Below are positions 51,561 to 64,000 of a DNA stretch of 64,000 nt, one piece after another. The notes beneath the pieces were generated by a model, which made no database searches, was not told the DNA's origin, and saw only the letters and a program-made list of their open reading frames with translations. The stretch is from Lama glama. Its lineage: Eukaryota. The translations under genes and the position numbers were made by a program. Numbering within the stretch: position 1 is the stretch's first letter; each line of letters opens with the position of its first letter. The stretch covers positions 22,136,001 to 22,200,000 of the forward strand of contig CM052816.1 of assembly GCA_028534125.1 (NCBI GenBank), written 5' to 3'.

Positions 51561-54335
51561 CCATGACAATTTTAAAGTGAAAGAATACTTCTGAAAATTA
51601 TACGTGAAAAAAAAGTTAATTGGTTTTTAATAACATAAATAAATTAAGACATAGCAATGTGGATTTTGTTGACCTGAAAATATTTCACAATTGAGGAAAT
51701 TTGATCTCCTGTTTTTTAGTCACATCTTTTATTTTGCTTTCTTTAATAATCATAGATTGCCTAAGTAACATTTTTATGTAATTCGTTGTAACAGTCCCTG
51801 AAATGGACTGCCTTGTTTCTTTATCAGAAATTATTTTTCCCCCATTTCTTGTCAACATACTTTCTTTGCATTTAATATTGGGATTATTTTTATTTGTGTA
51901 ATGATATTTATGCAGCCTTTTTAGTTTCATGTTACAAAACTAAAATATATTTTTATTCTAAGTAAATTCAGTGTTGGGAATTACTGAGGAAGTTTTCAAA
52001 ACTATCTTGTTTCTATTACTGCATCACGTTCTCAGGAGACTGTTTTGGTAAGAAATGACAATTACTTAAATAGGCTCTATCAATTCAGCTTCTAAACAAG
52101 CATGAATATTTTGCCAGTTAGATAGTATTTCATTCATGTCATAGCATGGGTTGTACATAGCATTAGTGTATTTTTCATTTATATATGCTCTCACCTTGAT
52201 TGCCATGAGTTTGTAACCAGCTTTACATTATAACTGTACAGTGTCATATCTATTGCTTATTAAAAAGCAGAAGTAATATTAAATAATGTGAGATAAAAAC
52301 TTTTAGTATTTCATGCACTTCTTAGTGTCTATAGCAAGTTCCAGTTTATTGCAGCTGATATGGCCACTTTCCTTTAATAGGAAAATGTAACTTTTTAACA
52401 CTGTTAAAGTTGCATCTAGTTTGATAATTAGTAGGACCAGCTAATTGTTTTAATAATGTGCTTCCTTGGATTTGGTTATCTGACTGTGTCCAAAGATTGG
52501 CAAGTGTTTGAAAAATCAAAGAAAGACTTGTATTTTTTTAAATCTTCATTTTTTACATAGTATGTATTTTTGCCAAAATACTTACAAAGCTATAAATAAA
52601 ATATCTGTAGAAGCCCCCCTCCTTTTTTTCTCTTACGTAACTGTAAAACATTTACTTCTGATCGTTTAGGAATACACACCTAATTATAAGGAGCCAACTT
52701 AGCATAAATAAAAATTACATATCAAATAAAATACTCTCTTTGCCTTCTCTGTAAGATTAGATTAAATTCTCTCCCCAGGAAAACATTTCGTTTCTGTAGG
52801 GCCTTTACCTATTGTACCCACCTTGCCCCACTCTGTTTTCCATATGCGTTCCATAAAATCCATTCTAGATATATATTGTTTTATTTTAATTTTGATAAAA
52901 GTGCTTCACTATCTTCTTAAAAATAGCAATTACGTTTTCCTCTGTGCCAAAATGTTCACCTACATGACCTGTTTTAATCCTTACAGTAGTCCTGGGGGGA
53001 TAGATAGTATTATTCAGAAATTTGGATGAGGTAACCAAGATCCAGAAACAGAAATTTCCCTGAGGTCACACAGCTAATAACTCAGGTCTGTCTGACTTAG
53101 CTTGCTCTTAAAACATTTATTTTTGCTTTCTTCCGTGTCTTCATGCTTCTCCCTGCCTTCTCTCTCTGTCTTGTCCTGTTTCTCTTCCTTGTCTGGCTAC
53201 TAACATTTCTTTAGCTGTTTATTTAGCAGTCCTCTACACTCCATCTTGCGTAGTTTCCTAATCTACCTAAGTCTTATTTTTAACTCCTAACGTTTTCTGA
53301 AAGTTTCCCATATCACTCATTTTTAAGACAGATCTTAATCCATCCCATGATAATAGGCAGGTATACTGTGATGCCTATTTGTGTGTGTAGCAAATACTGG
53401 GTAGAATGATGCACTGAAAAAATGTAAATGGGAATTAGGAATTAGTATTAACCTAAAGTTTTGGTTAGCATAATCACAACTCTTAGAAATAAGTGGTATT
53501 TTGGTGGTGGTTACTGATGGAAATCTTGTCTTCACTGCTGCCCTGTGTTTGTGTAAGACTAGTTTGCTTATCCTCTGATTTACGGGACTTTGAGTGCTAT
53601 CTAAACCTTCAGTGACAGAGTTGTTTCTTTGTTCTTTTTTTTTTTTTTTTCTGTTAGAGATATTTAGGACTGCCTATTTAAGACCTCTTAAATATTTTGA
53701 AGGAAGAGAATTGTATTTGCTTAAACATGGTCATTAAAGTGTTAATTGTCTTTGAAACCTTTAGAGTGAATTAGCTTTAGAAGAGTTGCTTTCTGCTCTG
53801 TTTTTGATGTTCTCATCTAGGGAACAGCCAAATAATTAGACTTGAGAGGTCACATAAGAAATAATGTGCCGTTAGAATAAACTAGAAACTGTAAAATTTT
53901 TTTTCTATTTTCATTTCTCATCCTTTTTTTCCTTCTCCTTTTTATTTGTTGCATGTTGCCATTGTTTGTTGCTATTCTCTGTGTCATCTTCCTGTTGTCT
54001 TTTCTTTGTACTTGCTGGTTTGAGTACTTCCCAGGTTATTCGTATGTTTAAAGACCTCTCTTATTTTGTCACTTAAACCTGGCCCCATTGTTTTCTACAA
54101 CCTGCCGTATTTTTGGCTTGAATTCAGACCCAGCTACATCCTTTGCCTGGAAGGTTGCCAAACTTTTCTGTTAAGACAAAGAATCTTGCTGTAGTGTGGC
54201 TTTGCATTGTTGGATATATATATACGTTAGTGTCCAATGAAACTGAGAGATCTCAAGGACTCCCAGTCAGGTTCATTTTCTCTACCAAAACCAGCAGAAA
54301 CTAAAGATGAAATATAATTACTTCTCTCTGATATA

Positions 54336-54526
54336 CAGTGTGCCCTTGAACAATGCAGGGGTTAATCCTTGTAAAATTTATAGTCAGCCCCCCATGTCTG
54401 TGGTTCTTCCACATCAGCAGATTCATCCAAGCAAGACTGTGTAGTGCTATAGTATTTACTATTGAGAAATATCTACACACTAGTGGACCTGCACAATTCA
54501 AACGTGCATTGTTCAAGGGTCAGCTG
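54336..54526. mobile_element. TcMar-Tigger MITE, same family as 19904-20099, opposite orientation
   Basis: TIRs cagtgtgcccttgaacaa ... ttgttcaagggtcagctg, preceded by TA. Confidence 0.8.
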
Positions 54527-54757
54527 TGATAGAATAACATAACCTTAGGTATATAAGGAAAATCTTGAGTCTAATTGTTGAAAACTTTATTTTTTGCCAT
54601 TTTCGTTATTATAGTTGTCCTATTTTTTAAATTGCTGTACTATTTTAAAATCACCACTTTGAATTGTTTGTCTTTATGCCTTAGTGCAAAGAGAACAGAA
54701 ATGTTTACTTTTAGGACCCTAAAATACTTTAAAGTGATATATGGCATTCTTTTGAAG

Positions 54758-54915
54758 CGATGGAGGCCTGAGCCACTCACAGGACGACAGCATTGTGGGA
54801 ACAAGACACTGTAGGCACAGTCTGGCTATAATGCCTATCCCTGGAACACTGTCATCCAGCAGCCCTGATCTCCTGCAGCCTACCACCAGCATGTTGGATT
54901 TTTCTAATCCGTCAG
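54758..54915 (+). CDS. RAPGEF6: RAPGEF6 exon (about 17), (S)DGGLSHSQDDSIVGTRHCRHSLAIMPIPGTLSSSSPDLLQPTTSMLDFSNPS
   Basis: cattcttttgaag acceptor, CAG|gtaatt donor, 158 nt, phase 2/1. Frame is continuous with both neighbours. This frame is not in the ORF track. Confidence 0.93.
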
Positions 54916-55823
54916 GTAATTTTTCTTTATTTTATATAGCCATATTGGTACCAAATAGATAAACTGGTGGTTGAGGCTTGTGCTACAAATACTAGTGTTG
55001 CTTTCAGCTCTCTGTTTTCATCTCTAGATTTTGACTAAATGCAAAAAGCTAAAGAGAAGCTTATGTATTTTTATCTAAACTAATGTGCTACTTCCTCCAA
55101 TAAGAAAGAAGAAGTATGTATCTTTTCGCAACTGTAATCCAAGCAGTGGAATGTAAAGCAGGGATACTTCTTCTCAGCCAAGAAACATGTTACCCAGGGT
55201 GTGGAAGGGAATAAGGCAGATTATTTTAATCTGAGTGGCCTCAGTTATCTTCTGTGATGTACAGAAATGTGTCAGTAGTTTTCTAGAAACATTGATTTTT
55301 CTCTCCACCACCTGAAGCTAAAGTTGTTTTTGCCACATACAATATTGTTAATTAAAGTAGTGTATAGCATCTCCTTCATTGCTGTTCAAGGTTTTAAGTG
55401 TGGGACATCAAGTTAATTTTCCTGCCTCTGTTCATGTTCAAAGGCAGAAATTGTTATTTACCAATATAACCTAAAGTTTCATTACAAGGAATAAACACTT
55501 TGAAGAATTACTTATATATCCATCACTTGGATGGATTTGAGATGGCTTTCAATAAAAGACACGTACGATTAAAAACTGAAATATATACTTGTGTTCAAGG
55601 AGAGGAGGGAAAAAGATTGCTTCTGCAGAGATGGGTATACTTGTGATTTAGCTTCAGTTTTGAGGCTAAAGTTCTGCCAGCAAGTGTAAAAGGGAAGAAA
55701 CTCAATTATATAAATCTCAGTATTAGATAGGAGGAAGTATAAATGTAATAGTAAAGTTTATGTTTTATTATAGCAACAGAAATAAAAACTCTAGGACATA
55801 ACATAAAAACACAGTTGAACAGT

Positions 55824-55945
55824 GGGGGAGGGTATAGCTCAGTTGTAGAGTGCGTGCTTATCATGCATGAGGTCCTGAGTTCAGTCCCTAGTACCTCCAT
55901 TAAAATAAATAAATAAACCTAATTATCCCCCACCAAAAAAAGAAA
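55824..55945 (+). mobile_element. Camelid SINE (Vic-1-like)
   Basis: gggggagggtatagctcagttgtagagtgcgtgc...gagttcagtccctagtacctcc. TSD-like aaaac(a)cagttgaa. Confidence 0.9.
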
Positions 55946-57709
55946 ACCAGTTGAAAATCATTCTACATATTGTTTCTTCCTTTTCATTTCAGTTGCTTCT
56001 GAATCTCATTAGAGAGATTCTTAAACTCAGTAAGTAGTCTGTCTTGGACACATGCTAATCTCTCTGTGACTACCAGTGTTCTTTCTAGAGGAAAGATTCT
56101 GATAAGTTGTTACTTGGATTAGAAGTTTCTACTGATTTCTGTAAGTCAGAGTTCAGTTATGAGATAGAAACCACTCCACATAGTTGATCAGAAGTTAGTA
56201 TCAGGAATTGTTACCAAGGTATAAAATAAACTATTTACCTGAAAAGGTAAACAAGTAAGGACTAAGATTTCAGAGTTAGGAAACTACAAACTGGATTCAG
56301 CTTCTGGTATGTGAGAGAAATGCCACTACCAGGGTGAAGAAGTGTTGCTGGAGTGATCTAAGAACCAAAAACCCACAAGAAGAAACATAAAGCAGCAAGT
56401 GTCTTCTTCCTTTAACCTTGCAGCATACTCCTGGTGCCCCCTTTTTGTCATAACCTAAGAGGGAGACAGTTGGCAGAGAAGTGTGGTTTGCAGAGTCCCA
56501 GCCCCTTGTGGCAGGGCAGTGTGGGTTTGGAGCCTAAAGACAATAACTTACAACTATTCGTGTTCAGTTTTTACAACATAATTATAAATCCCCTTTCTAG
56601 CCTCCTGTTCTCTGATTCTCCCCACTGTCACTTCATCCGTCTTTTCTGTGTGTATGGCATGTACCTTCAGAACTCTCTTTCTTTGCCTATGTTGTTTGCT
56701 ACCTGTGGTATTTTCTCCCTGCATATCCCATGACATTTTTCTCGTTTCTCAGTGCTGAGCTCAAATGGTACCTCATCTGGGAATCCCTCTGCTGCATAGT
56801 CAGTCCCTCCTTTTTCAGAAATCTCTAGCATATTTTCATTGTCTCTCTTGTATTGCTTGTCATTTGGTTGCATAGGAATTTATTTCTAAGTCTGTGTGTA
56901 CACGTGTTCCACAGCAGCACTTCTTACACTACATTCACAATTATTAAAACACTACCAAAGCACAAACTAAATATGCATCTGTACTTTCATAAAGCAAGTA
57001 TTTAGGGACGCATGACTTAGAGATTAAATGATTTTTTTTATGGCATATGTAGAAGTGGGCCTTGTGAGTAGTAAGAGATGGGTCATAGGGAGAGGAGAGA
57101 GAGACGTTGGGGATTTAGATGGGAGGGCAAAAGATGGAGGTTGGAATTATTAAAACTTAGAAACTGTAAGTCCCATGGCACTGAAATTTAGATCTCTGAA
57201 GAGGATGTGCTACTCAGTTTGATTTCGTAATTCTCTCACTGAAACATGTTGAAATGGCTGAAGATGTCGTTTTAAAGTCTATTCAGAGGAAGTCAGTCTG
57301 CGGCCTTTGTCCATATCAGCAATATAAGGGAACGCAAATAAGATAGGTATTTAACTTAAAAATTATATTTTTAAACCCCAAAATGTGCAGCTTTATGAAA
57401 GGCCTTTTACAGTGCTGTTTATATTTATGTTGAATAAAATATTCATTAACAATTCCAAATTCAGCTCCATAAATTATATATGACAGCACTGAATTTCAGA
57501 TTAGCTATGTATATCACATATATATACTGGAGTACATGTGTGACATCAGCCAAGTTTGATTAACTTTTGTCGATCTTGATCTCAGTTGTGTTTCTGCTCC
57601 ATGTTTAAAATTGTTGTTAGAAAGTAAGGACAGAGCTACCGAACTGTTAAATAGTTTGCTTTTGATTGCTGACTTTTTTATGGTTTTGCTTTGTTTTTGC
57701 TGCCTACAG

Positions 57710-57724
57710 CTGTTGGTTTTTACT
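57710..57724 (+). CDS. RAPGEF6: 15-nt alternative microexon of RAPGEF6 (gives AVGFYY in place of D, before the RA domain)
   Basis: Branch-like gctgac (57668-57673), T/TGC-rich tract, then cctacag|CTGTTGGTTTTTACT|gtaagt. Phase 1/1, frame-preserving, no stop. Confidence 0.8.
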
Positions 57725-60700
57725 GTAAGTATCTTGAAGAGTATGGTATCCTGTTGCTTATGTTTGTATGTACTGTTTTATTATTTTTTATAAGTCAAAT
57801 GATACAGAATTGAATGAAGTTGGAAGCAGAACTTTCCTATCCTCTTACAAGGTTGCCATTGTAAACTGGTGTGTATTGTTTTGGTCATTTTCTTTGAATT
57901 TCTATGTTTTTATACTAATAGAATCAGAATATACTTGCTGTTCTTTAACTTGTAAAGTGTTTTGGAATTTTTGACCTAATCTAAGATGAGGCCTAAAAGA
58001 ATTCAGAGTGTAGCCAAAAGGATTTTGAAACTGAAATTTTTTCATAATCTGCATATGGAACTTTTTGCTTACTCTTTTTCATTTAATAGCACAAACATTT
58101 TGTTTGATTTCTTTAATATTCAGTAAACTTCAGATTCTTTCTTCATGGCAAGTATGAGTTATTTTAATTAATTTTTAATTGCAAAGGAGCATAATTATAG
58201 TTTTTTTTAAGTCAAAATGCAGAGGAAAGATAAAATATGTAACTCTCCACTCCCCGGAATTAACAATTGTTCATTTACTCCTATGTTCTTCCAAAAATTT
58301 CAGTACATGTGAAACATGTGTACCATTTCTTTTACCCCAAATGGTATGCTATTCTTTCTTTCCACTTAGCCCATTTCACCTAGCAGTACACCTTAAGTGC
58401 TTTTCTGTATCAGGACATATTGTTCTGCCAGAGTTTTTTGACATCTGGTAACATATTTAACCAGTACCTTTTCAGTGGACACTTGCAGTGTTGCCTAAGC
58501 CTCTGTGTTTACGTATCTTTGCAAGTTTTAGGTTTGCATTATATTTTGAATTTTGTCAAAAGAATTTGTGCAAATTTGTTTTCTTTCTTGTTATAAAAGT
58601 TCCTACAAAATATCATTTGTTTTGACTCTTGGCCTGCAGAACTTAAAATATTTGCTATCTGGCCCTTTATAGAACAAGATTGCCAATCCTTGTTCCATGC
58701 CATTATACCACTAGCCTATTTTTTTTATTTGTGAGCCTTTTACTATATGCATTGTCTTATTTACTTGATTATTGTCTGTTTTTCTTTGAACCACTGCTTA
58801 TCCTCTTGAATGTAAACAAATCCCTGAGAGCAGAGACTTTGTTCATCTCATTTATTATTCTATTTTCACCACCTAGAATCTGTTGACACATAACATGCAC
58901 TCCATACATAGTTGTTCAGTGATTAACAATTTAAAGCAGAATTAAGAGGCACTATGTTGCTTTTTCTTTTAAATGATCATCTTAAATATCTAAAAAGTTC
59001 TTCCATTTTTAATGTAAACTCAGGGTTAGTAATTCTTCAGTTATCTCATTTTTAATTTTTACTTATGCAAGATTATAGTTAGCACTTTAGAAATTTTGCC
59101 TTTGGTTTGAAAGTCTTAGGATTCATATTCTATTAATAAAATTCTTACATAATAGGTAAATGAATTCAAGAATAGAAATCTCAGATACCTGGACTAATAA
59201 ATGCTATACTGCTCCAAGTTTCTTTTTAAATGTCTATTTTGCTTTATGGGGTTATATTTTTATGTTCATTCTAGCTTTATGCGTAAAATTTGAAATGATT
59301 ATATCATTTTTCTTCTTAATTCAACTTTATTCTAACCTCATCTTTACCACTCTAAAATGGAAAAAGAGATTTACACTGACAGCAATACCAGTGCAGAGAA
59401 ATTTTTCCCTCTAATATCTCACAAATGGTGTTCCCAGTTGACATTTATTACATTGGCAAATAACCAGGATTTGAGTTACGGAGTACCTTTTGGATAATTC
59501 CATTTGCAGATCTGTTCTAGAGGTATCCATTTATGATACCCGAATCCCTCTTATATGGCTATATAACAGTTTGTTCTTTGCATGGGAAACAAATGGTTTT
59601 AAGAGTATTACTTTTTTACGCTGCTTAGCAGGATATACAACAAGATACATACATCTGTTCCTTCACAGAGGTTGTAGTATGTTAGCAGCAAGAGAAGAAA
59701 ATAAGAAATGTGTGCAAATTCCCAACCTGTCTTTGTGAATAAATTTCTCAGAAGAACTTAGTAAAAGAGATCAGAACATCTCCCCATTCCCTTAAGGTCA
59801 GCCAGCAGAGAGTTAGCCCCCAAAGACCTTGTAAACGAATCCAGCTCTAGAGCCCTGAGACTTACATTTGTAAAGAGGATAGGAACAATACAGGTAATAA
59901 TAGTATGTTTTCTGCCCCTTTCATAGAGTTAAAAGGGATAATGAAACCTTTTTGTCCGGTATCTTTCTCTTGGAAAACTCAAATTTACATCTACTTGGAT
60001 TTTCTAGCCCAGGGTGCAGGAGCATCTTGTAAGCATCTCTTAAGAATGTACCTTAAGCCTTGTAGATTTAGAAACCTGATGATGTCACCAACACCCTGAG
60101 AATTGACTCATTGTGAAATGATACAAATGAGGTGTTTGGTGACTCAGATCTTTGCATACATGAAGAAAAGACAGTTTGATGTGTACATCTTACAAAAGGG
60201 ACTTGAATAAATGAAACGTTCTGCTTCCATTTTGATGGTAGATTCAGAAGATTCAACATTTGTTGGCTAAGACTCCTCCTTCCTGGAATTGTATTAACGT
60301 ATTTTCAGTTGTCTGTTCCAATCCTGGGAGTCATTCTCTGTCTTTTTGTGTCCTCAGACTGACAGCGTACCATATTCTGTGAAATTATTTCCTACTGTGT
60401 CTGTTTCATTTCTCTTCTCTTTCCTTTAGCTGGAATTATATCTCAGATGGCTTTGAGACAAATTTGTAATTTTTCTTTTCCTCTTAAAGTTAACAATGTA
60501 TATAATGCTGAGAAAGTAATGCTAGACAAATAGTATATAATTTCTTGAGCCACCAAAATCTCCCCTGCCCACCCCAACTATAATAATCACAAAAAAATTC
60601 ACCAGAATACGTTTTTCCTAATTTAAAAAAAATTTGTAATGATTTATTCTCATAGGGAAAATTTAACATTTGTTCATGTGAAATCTGTTTTCACTTACCT

Positions 60701-61034
60701 TTAATTATATTAAAAATTAGCCCACTGTCATCATATTGAACATTGTTTAGGAGTTTTAGCCAATGCCATAAGACAAGGAAAATAAAAAGGGAAAATACAT
60801 TATTTACATGTACATATTGTATGAACATTTATCTTGAGGTGGGATTTATCTCCTAATAGCAAAAATCACAAAGGCAAAGACAGATTTAACCACCTGAATA
60901 TTTCATATTTTCCTGTATTAAAATATATAAGTGCATTTTCTGAGAAAATCTACAAACATTTGCTACTTTATAATAGACTAAGTGTTGGTACGTAGTATAA
61001 TTCGGTAGGAAAAAGCATAGATTACCAAAAGATA

Positions 61035-61160
61035 TTTTTTGGGGGGGATTTTTGGGATGGGCGTAACTAGGTTTATTTATTTTAACTGCAGTAGTGGGGA
61101 TTGAACCTGTGACCTCATGCATGCTAAGCAGGCGCTCTACCCATGAGCTATACCCTACCC
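61035..61160 (-). mobile_element. Camelid SINE (Vic-1-like)
   Basis: ggggattgaacctgtgacctcatgcatgctaagcaggcgctctacccatgagctatacccta. Confidence 0.88.
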
Positions 61161-61447
61161 AACAGAAGGTATTTTTTTAAAAAAGAATACTAATGGCTCA
61201 TTAAACCAGTGAGTCTCAACAAGTAACCAAAGAAATGAAATATCAAATAATATATTTTTGGAGGGAAGAAAAACATAGTGTTTTCAAGATGAGAAAAAAG
61301 TTTTAATAAACAAAATTGAGTAAATTTTGGTAAGAATGTGACTAAAATTGCCCTTTGTACATTCTAGGATGATAAAATATTATTACTGTCCTGGAGTTCA
61401 GAAGTTTATTTCAAAAACCTTAAAAGTATACATGCTCTCTAACAACA

Positions 61448-61490
61448 TTTCTTTCTTTCTTTCTTTCTTTCTTTCTTTTTTTTTTTTTTT
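61448..61490. repeat. (TTTC)n plus poly-T
   Basis: tttctttctttctttc...tttttttttt. Confidence 0.85.
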
Positions 61491-61997
61491 GGATTTTCTC
61501 TGAGAAAATAGATTGCCTAAAATGTCTTATCCACAGGGAAAGCTTGGGGTGGGGGGAATTATTTATCATCATGTTATTTATAGTAAAGGAAAATGATACA
61601 CAATCTAAATGTCTGTGATTAAGGATTTAGATCACTTAAAATTATAAACTACATGTTATAGAATCCTGTGCTTCCATTAAGAAATGTTTTGTTGAATATT
61701 TAATGACATCAAATTGTTTATAATAAATGAAAAGTTTTATGGCTTCCAAATTGTATGTATTGTATGACTCTAATTCTTCTGTTTTTATCTGTGTTATTCT
61801 CTGAACATAAATTAGTATTTTGTAACCTGAAAAGATAGAATTATTTTCAGTAAATGCAACAATGATTTCTGTTAACCTCCTGAAAAAAAACAGTATATAT
61901 TACTGTTAAGAGAGATCACTGTCTTAGAGATTGCTTTTTGAAGAGTTGAAAAGTTAGCTCCTTGAAAATAAAAGGGCACATTTTTGTTTTTATACAG

Positions 61998-62238
61998 ATA
62001 TTCCTGATCAAGTTATAAGAGTTTTCAAAGCAGATCAACAAAGTTGCTACATTATCATCAGTAAAGACACTACAGCTAAAGAAGTTGTTTGTCATGCTAT
62101 TCATGAATTCGGTTTGACTGGTACATCTGACACATATTCTCTCTGTGAAGTTTCTGTTACTCCTGAAGGTGTCATAAAACAGAGAAGACTTCCAGACCAG
62201 TTCTCCAAATTAGCTGATAGAATTCAGCTCAATGGAAG
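61998..62238 (+). CDS. RAPGEF6: RAPGEF6 exon (about 18), Ras-association domain (D)[79 protein letters not shown](R)
   Basis: tttttatacag acceptor, AG|gtgaat donor, 241 nt, phase 1/2. Confidence 0.96.
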
Positions 62239-62930
62239 GTGAATGTGCTTATTAATGAATGTATTATTGCTAGATGTATTTTCCAAGATTCCATGTTAAA
62301 ACATATTTTAAGTAGAAACATCATGTTTTAGGGCCAGTAGTTCTCTCTAAAGTTAAGATAAGATTTCTTTTTTCAGTTTTCTTTGTCTCCATCATTATGT
62401 AAATGGAATCTGAGAGTGTTAGCACTCTTAAGTGCTACCCAAAATTGAGGGAGAAGGAAAGGAAGGATAGCTTGCTAAATATTTAGCCCTCCTGCTAATA
62501 TAAAGTCCTAGAACCACTGGTGTAGTCCAGTCCCTGTTTTTTATAAAGGAGGAAACTAGATGATGCATATCTTTATATGTATCCGAGTATATATGTGCTA
62601 ATTTATAAATTTGTTTTTTAAATGATCAGTATGTACATTGGTTAAAAGAAGCTAAAATTTTCACAATTCTTTTTCTAAGTTTTCCTTTTATGAATATACA
62701 GGAAATTTTTTTTTAAAAAATGTTTAAATGTGCTCTGAGAGTTATTTGATCAACCAGAAGATTGTTTCAGTAGTACATTTGTTCTTTACTCTGGTGATCT
62801 TTTCTGAGAATAATGCAATCTTTTTAGTGAGCCTAGATTCATATGTAGAATGAGATCCTTGGAAATCTTAAAATGATGATTCATCATGGTTGCTATTAAG
62901 ACAAAGTGGGTTAACTCTGCTTTGCTGGCT

Positions 62931-63145
62931 ACATAGTGGTTCATAGCATGAACCCTGGAGCCAGATTGCCCAATTCAAATCCCAGTTCTGGCTATGTGAC
63001 CTTGAGCAAGTTAGTTTCTCTGTGTCTGAATTTTCTTATCACAATGTGATGATAATAATGGAACTACCTTGTAGGAATGTTACGAGAATTAAATGAATTA
63101 AAAAACATAACATACCTTATAAATGTTAGATATAATTTTATTATC
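62931..63145 (+). mobile_element. MIR SINE
   Basis: catagtggtt...ctggagccagattgcc...tgtgaccttgagcaagtta. Confidence 0.8.
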
Positions 63146-64000
63146 TGTAATTTCAACACTATTATTTATGGTAATCTCTTAGGCATGTGAACAGTATAAA
63201 GGTAGAAGAAAAAGAAGTATAGTTCCTTGACAATAAAAAAATAGATGGACACAAACTTAGGTGTATATCAAGTTGTACATTAGGAAAGGATGAAGTGAAA
63301 GCTGTGTGTAATACAATATGGGACCTCTCCTGTAGCAACAGCCCTGTATAAGATATTCCCCAACTATGAATTCTTTACTTAACCTGTTTCTTAGCTTTTA
63401 AGTGCTGTAAAATTGTGCATCTAAAACAGAGAAAGGAAAATTAAGATTTTTTTATGATTGCTGATTAGGACCATTTGCTGGAATGAGGTTTTGTATTCAT
63501 CAAGGGAGAAATCATTAGTAGAAGAATTCCTATCCTTAATGGTTTTATTCTTCTTTGCTCCTCTTGAAAATTTAGAAGAAAGAAAGAAATGAGTGCAACA
63601 ACAACTTCTGAATAAAAATGTAAACATTCTTGATTCAGGAGTTTATTCATGCTGTCCATGAACGAGTATTTATATAGTACCTTCTGTGTGTCAGGTATCC
63701 TCATAGAGCCCTTATAGAGTTTTTATTCTCAAGAATATACACATGATTGTTCACACATCATGTGAGTAGTTTATTAAAATAATTTAGTTCATGGCATAAT
63801 CAACATTATTTTTACTCTTTAAAATAATAGATGGCAGAATAAGAGGACAGCTTCTTGAGAGTCTTCTCATTTAAAATGTTAATTTTCCATTTCATCTGTA
63901 AATGAATATTCTGCTAACATTTCTGGCCAAAAGTTATTAACAATATAATGATGTTTTGACAACAATAATAATGAAGGAAAGTGCTCATATAAATGTGAAA

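Noticed and set aside
54032..54055. QVIRMFKD resembling QVIRVFKAD of the RA exon (duplicated exon?)
   Set aside because: Similarity is only 8 codons, nucleotide identity is modest, the frame stops after a few codons and does not match the incoming phase. Probably coincidence.
825..63704. Most short ORFs in the six-frame track
   Set aside because: 60-130 aa, low-complexity or repeat-derived, with no recognisable domains. Expected by chance in AT-rich intron DNA. Only those overlapping RAPGEF6 exons are meaningful.

Overview
AT-rich mammalian genomic DNA, very likely from a camelid (alpaca/camel), inferred from several copies of a tRNA-derived Vic-1-like SINE. The whole window lies inside RAPGEF6 (PDZ-GEF2/RA-GEF-2) on the + strand. 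Twelve consecutive internal coding exons (16613-62238, 1985 nt) splice in frame at GT-AG junctions. They encode the acidic linker, cNMP-binding-like domain, REM (RasGEF-N), PDZ and most of the RA domain. The canonical start, GEF catalytic domain and stop lie outside the window. The most interesting signals are isoform elements that the ORF track does not show as exons: a probable internal alternative first exon at 4991-5044 (MAFLVRCYANCLQPWASK, two Cys, in phase with the next exon), a 15-nt microexon at 57710-57724 with SRRM4-type context that turns S-D-I into S-AVGFYY-I just before the RA domain, and candidate poison/regulated acceptors at 54034 and 1717. Introns hold a tailless 7SK retropseudogene, full-length and extremely truncated SINE/L1 insertions with target-site duplications, older L1, MaLR, MIR and DNA transposon relics, and microsatellites. 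No prokaryote-type system is present. Repeat family names and human comparisons are from memory, not from database searches.
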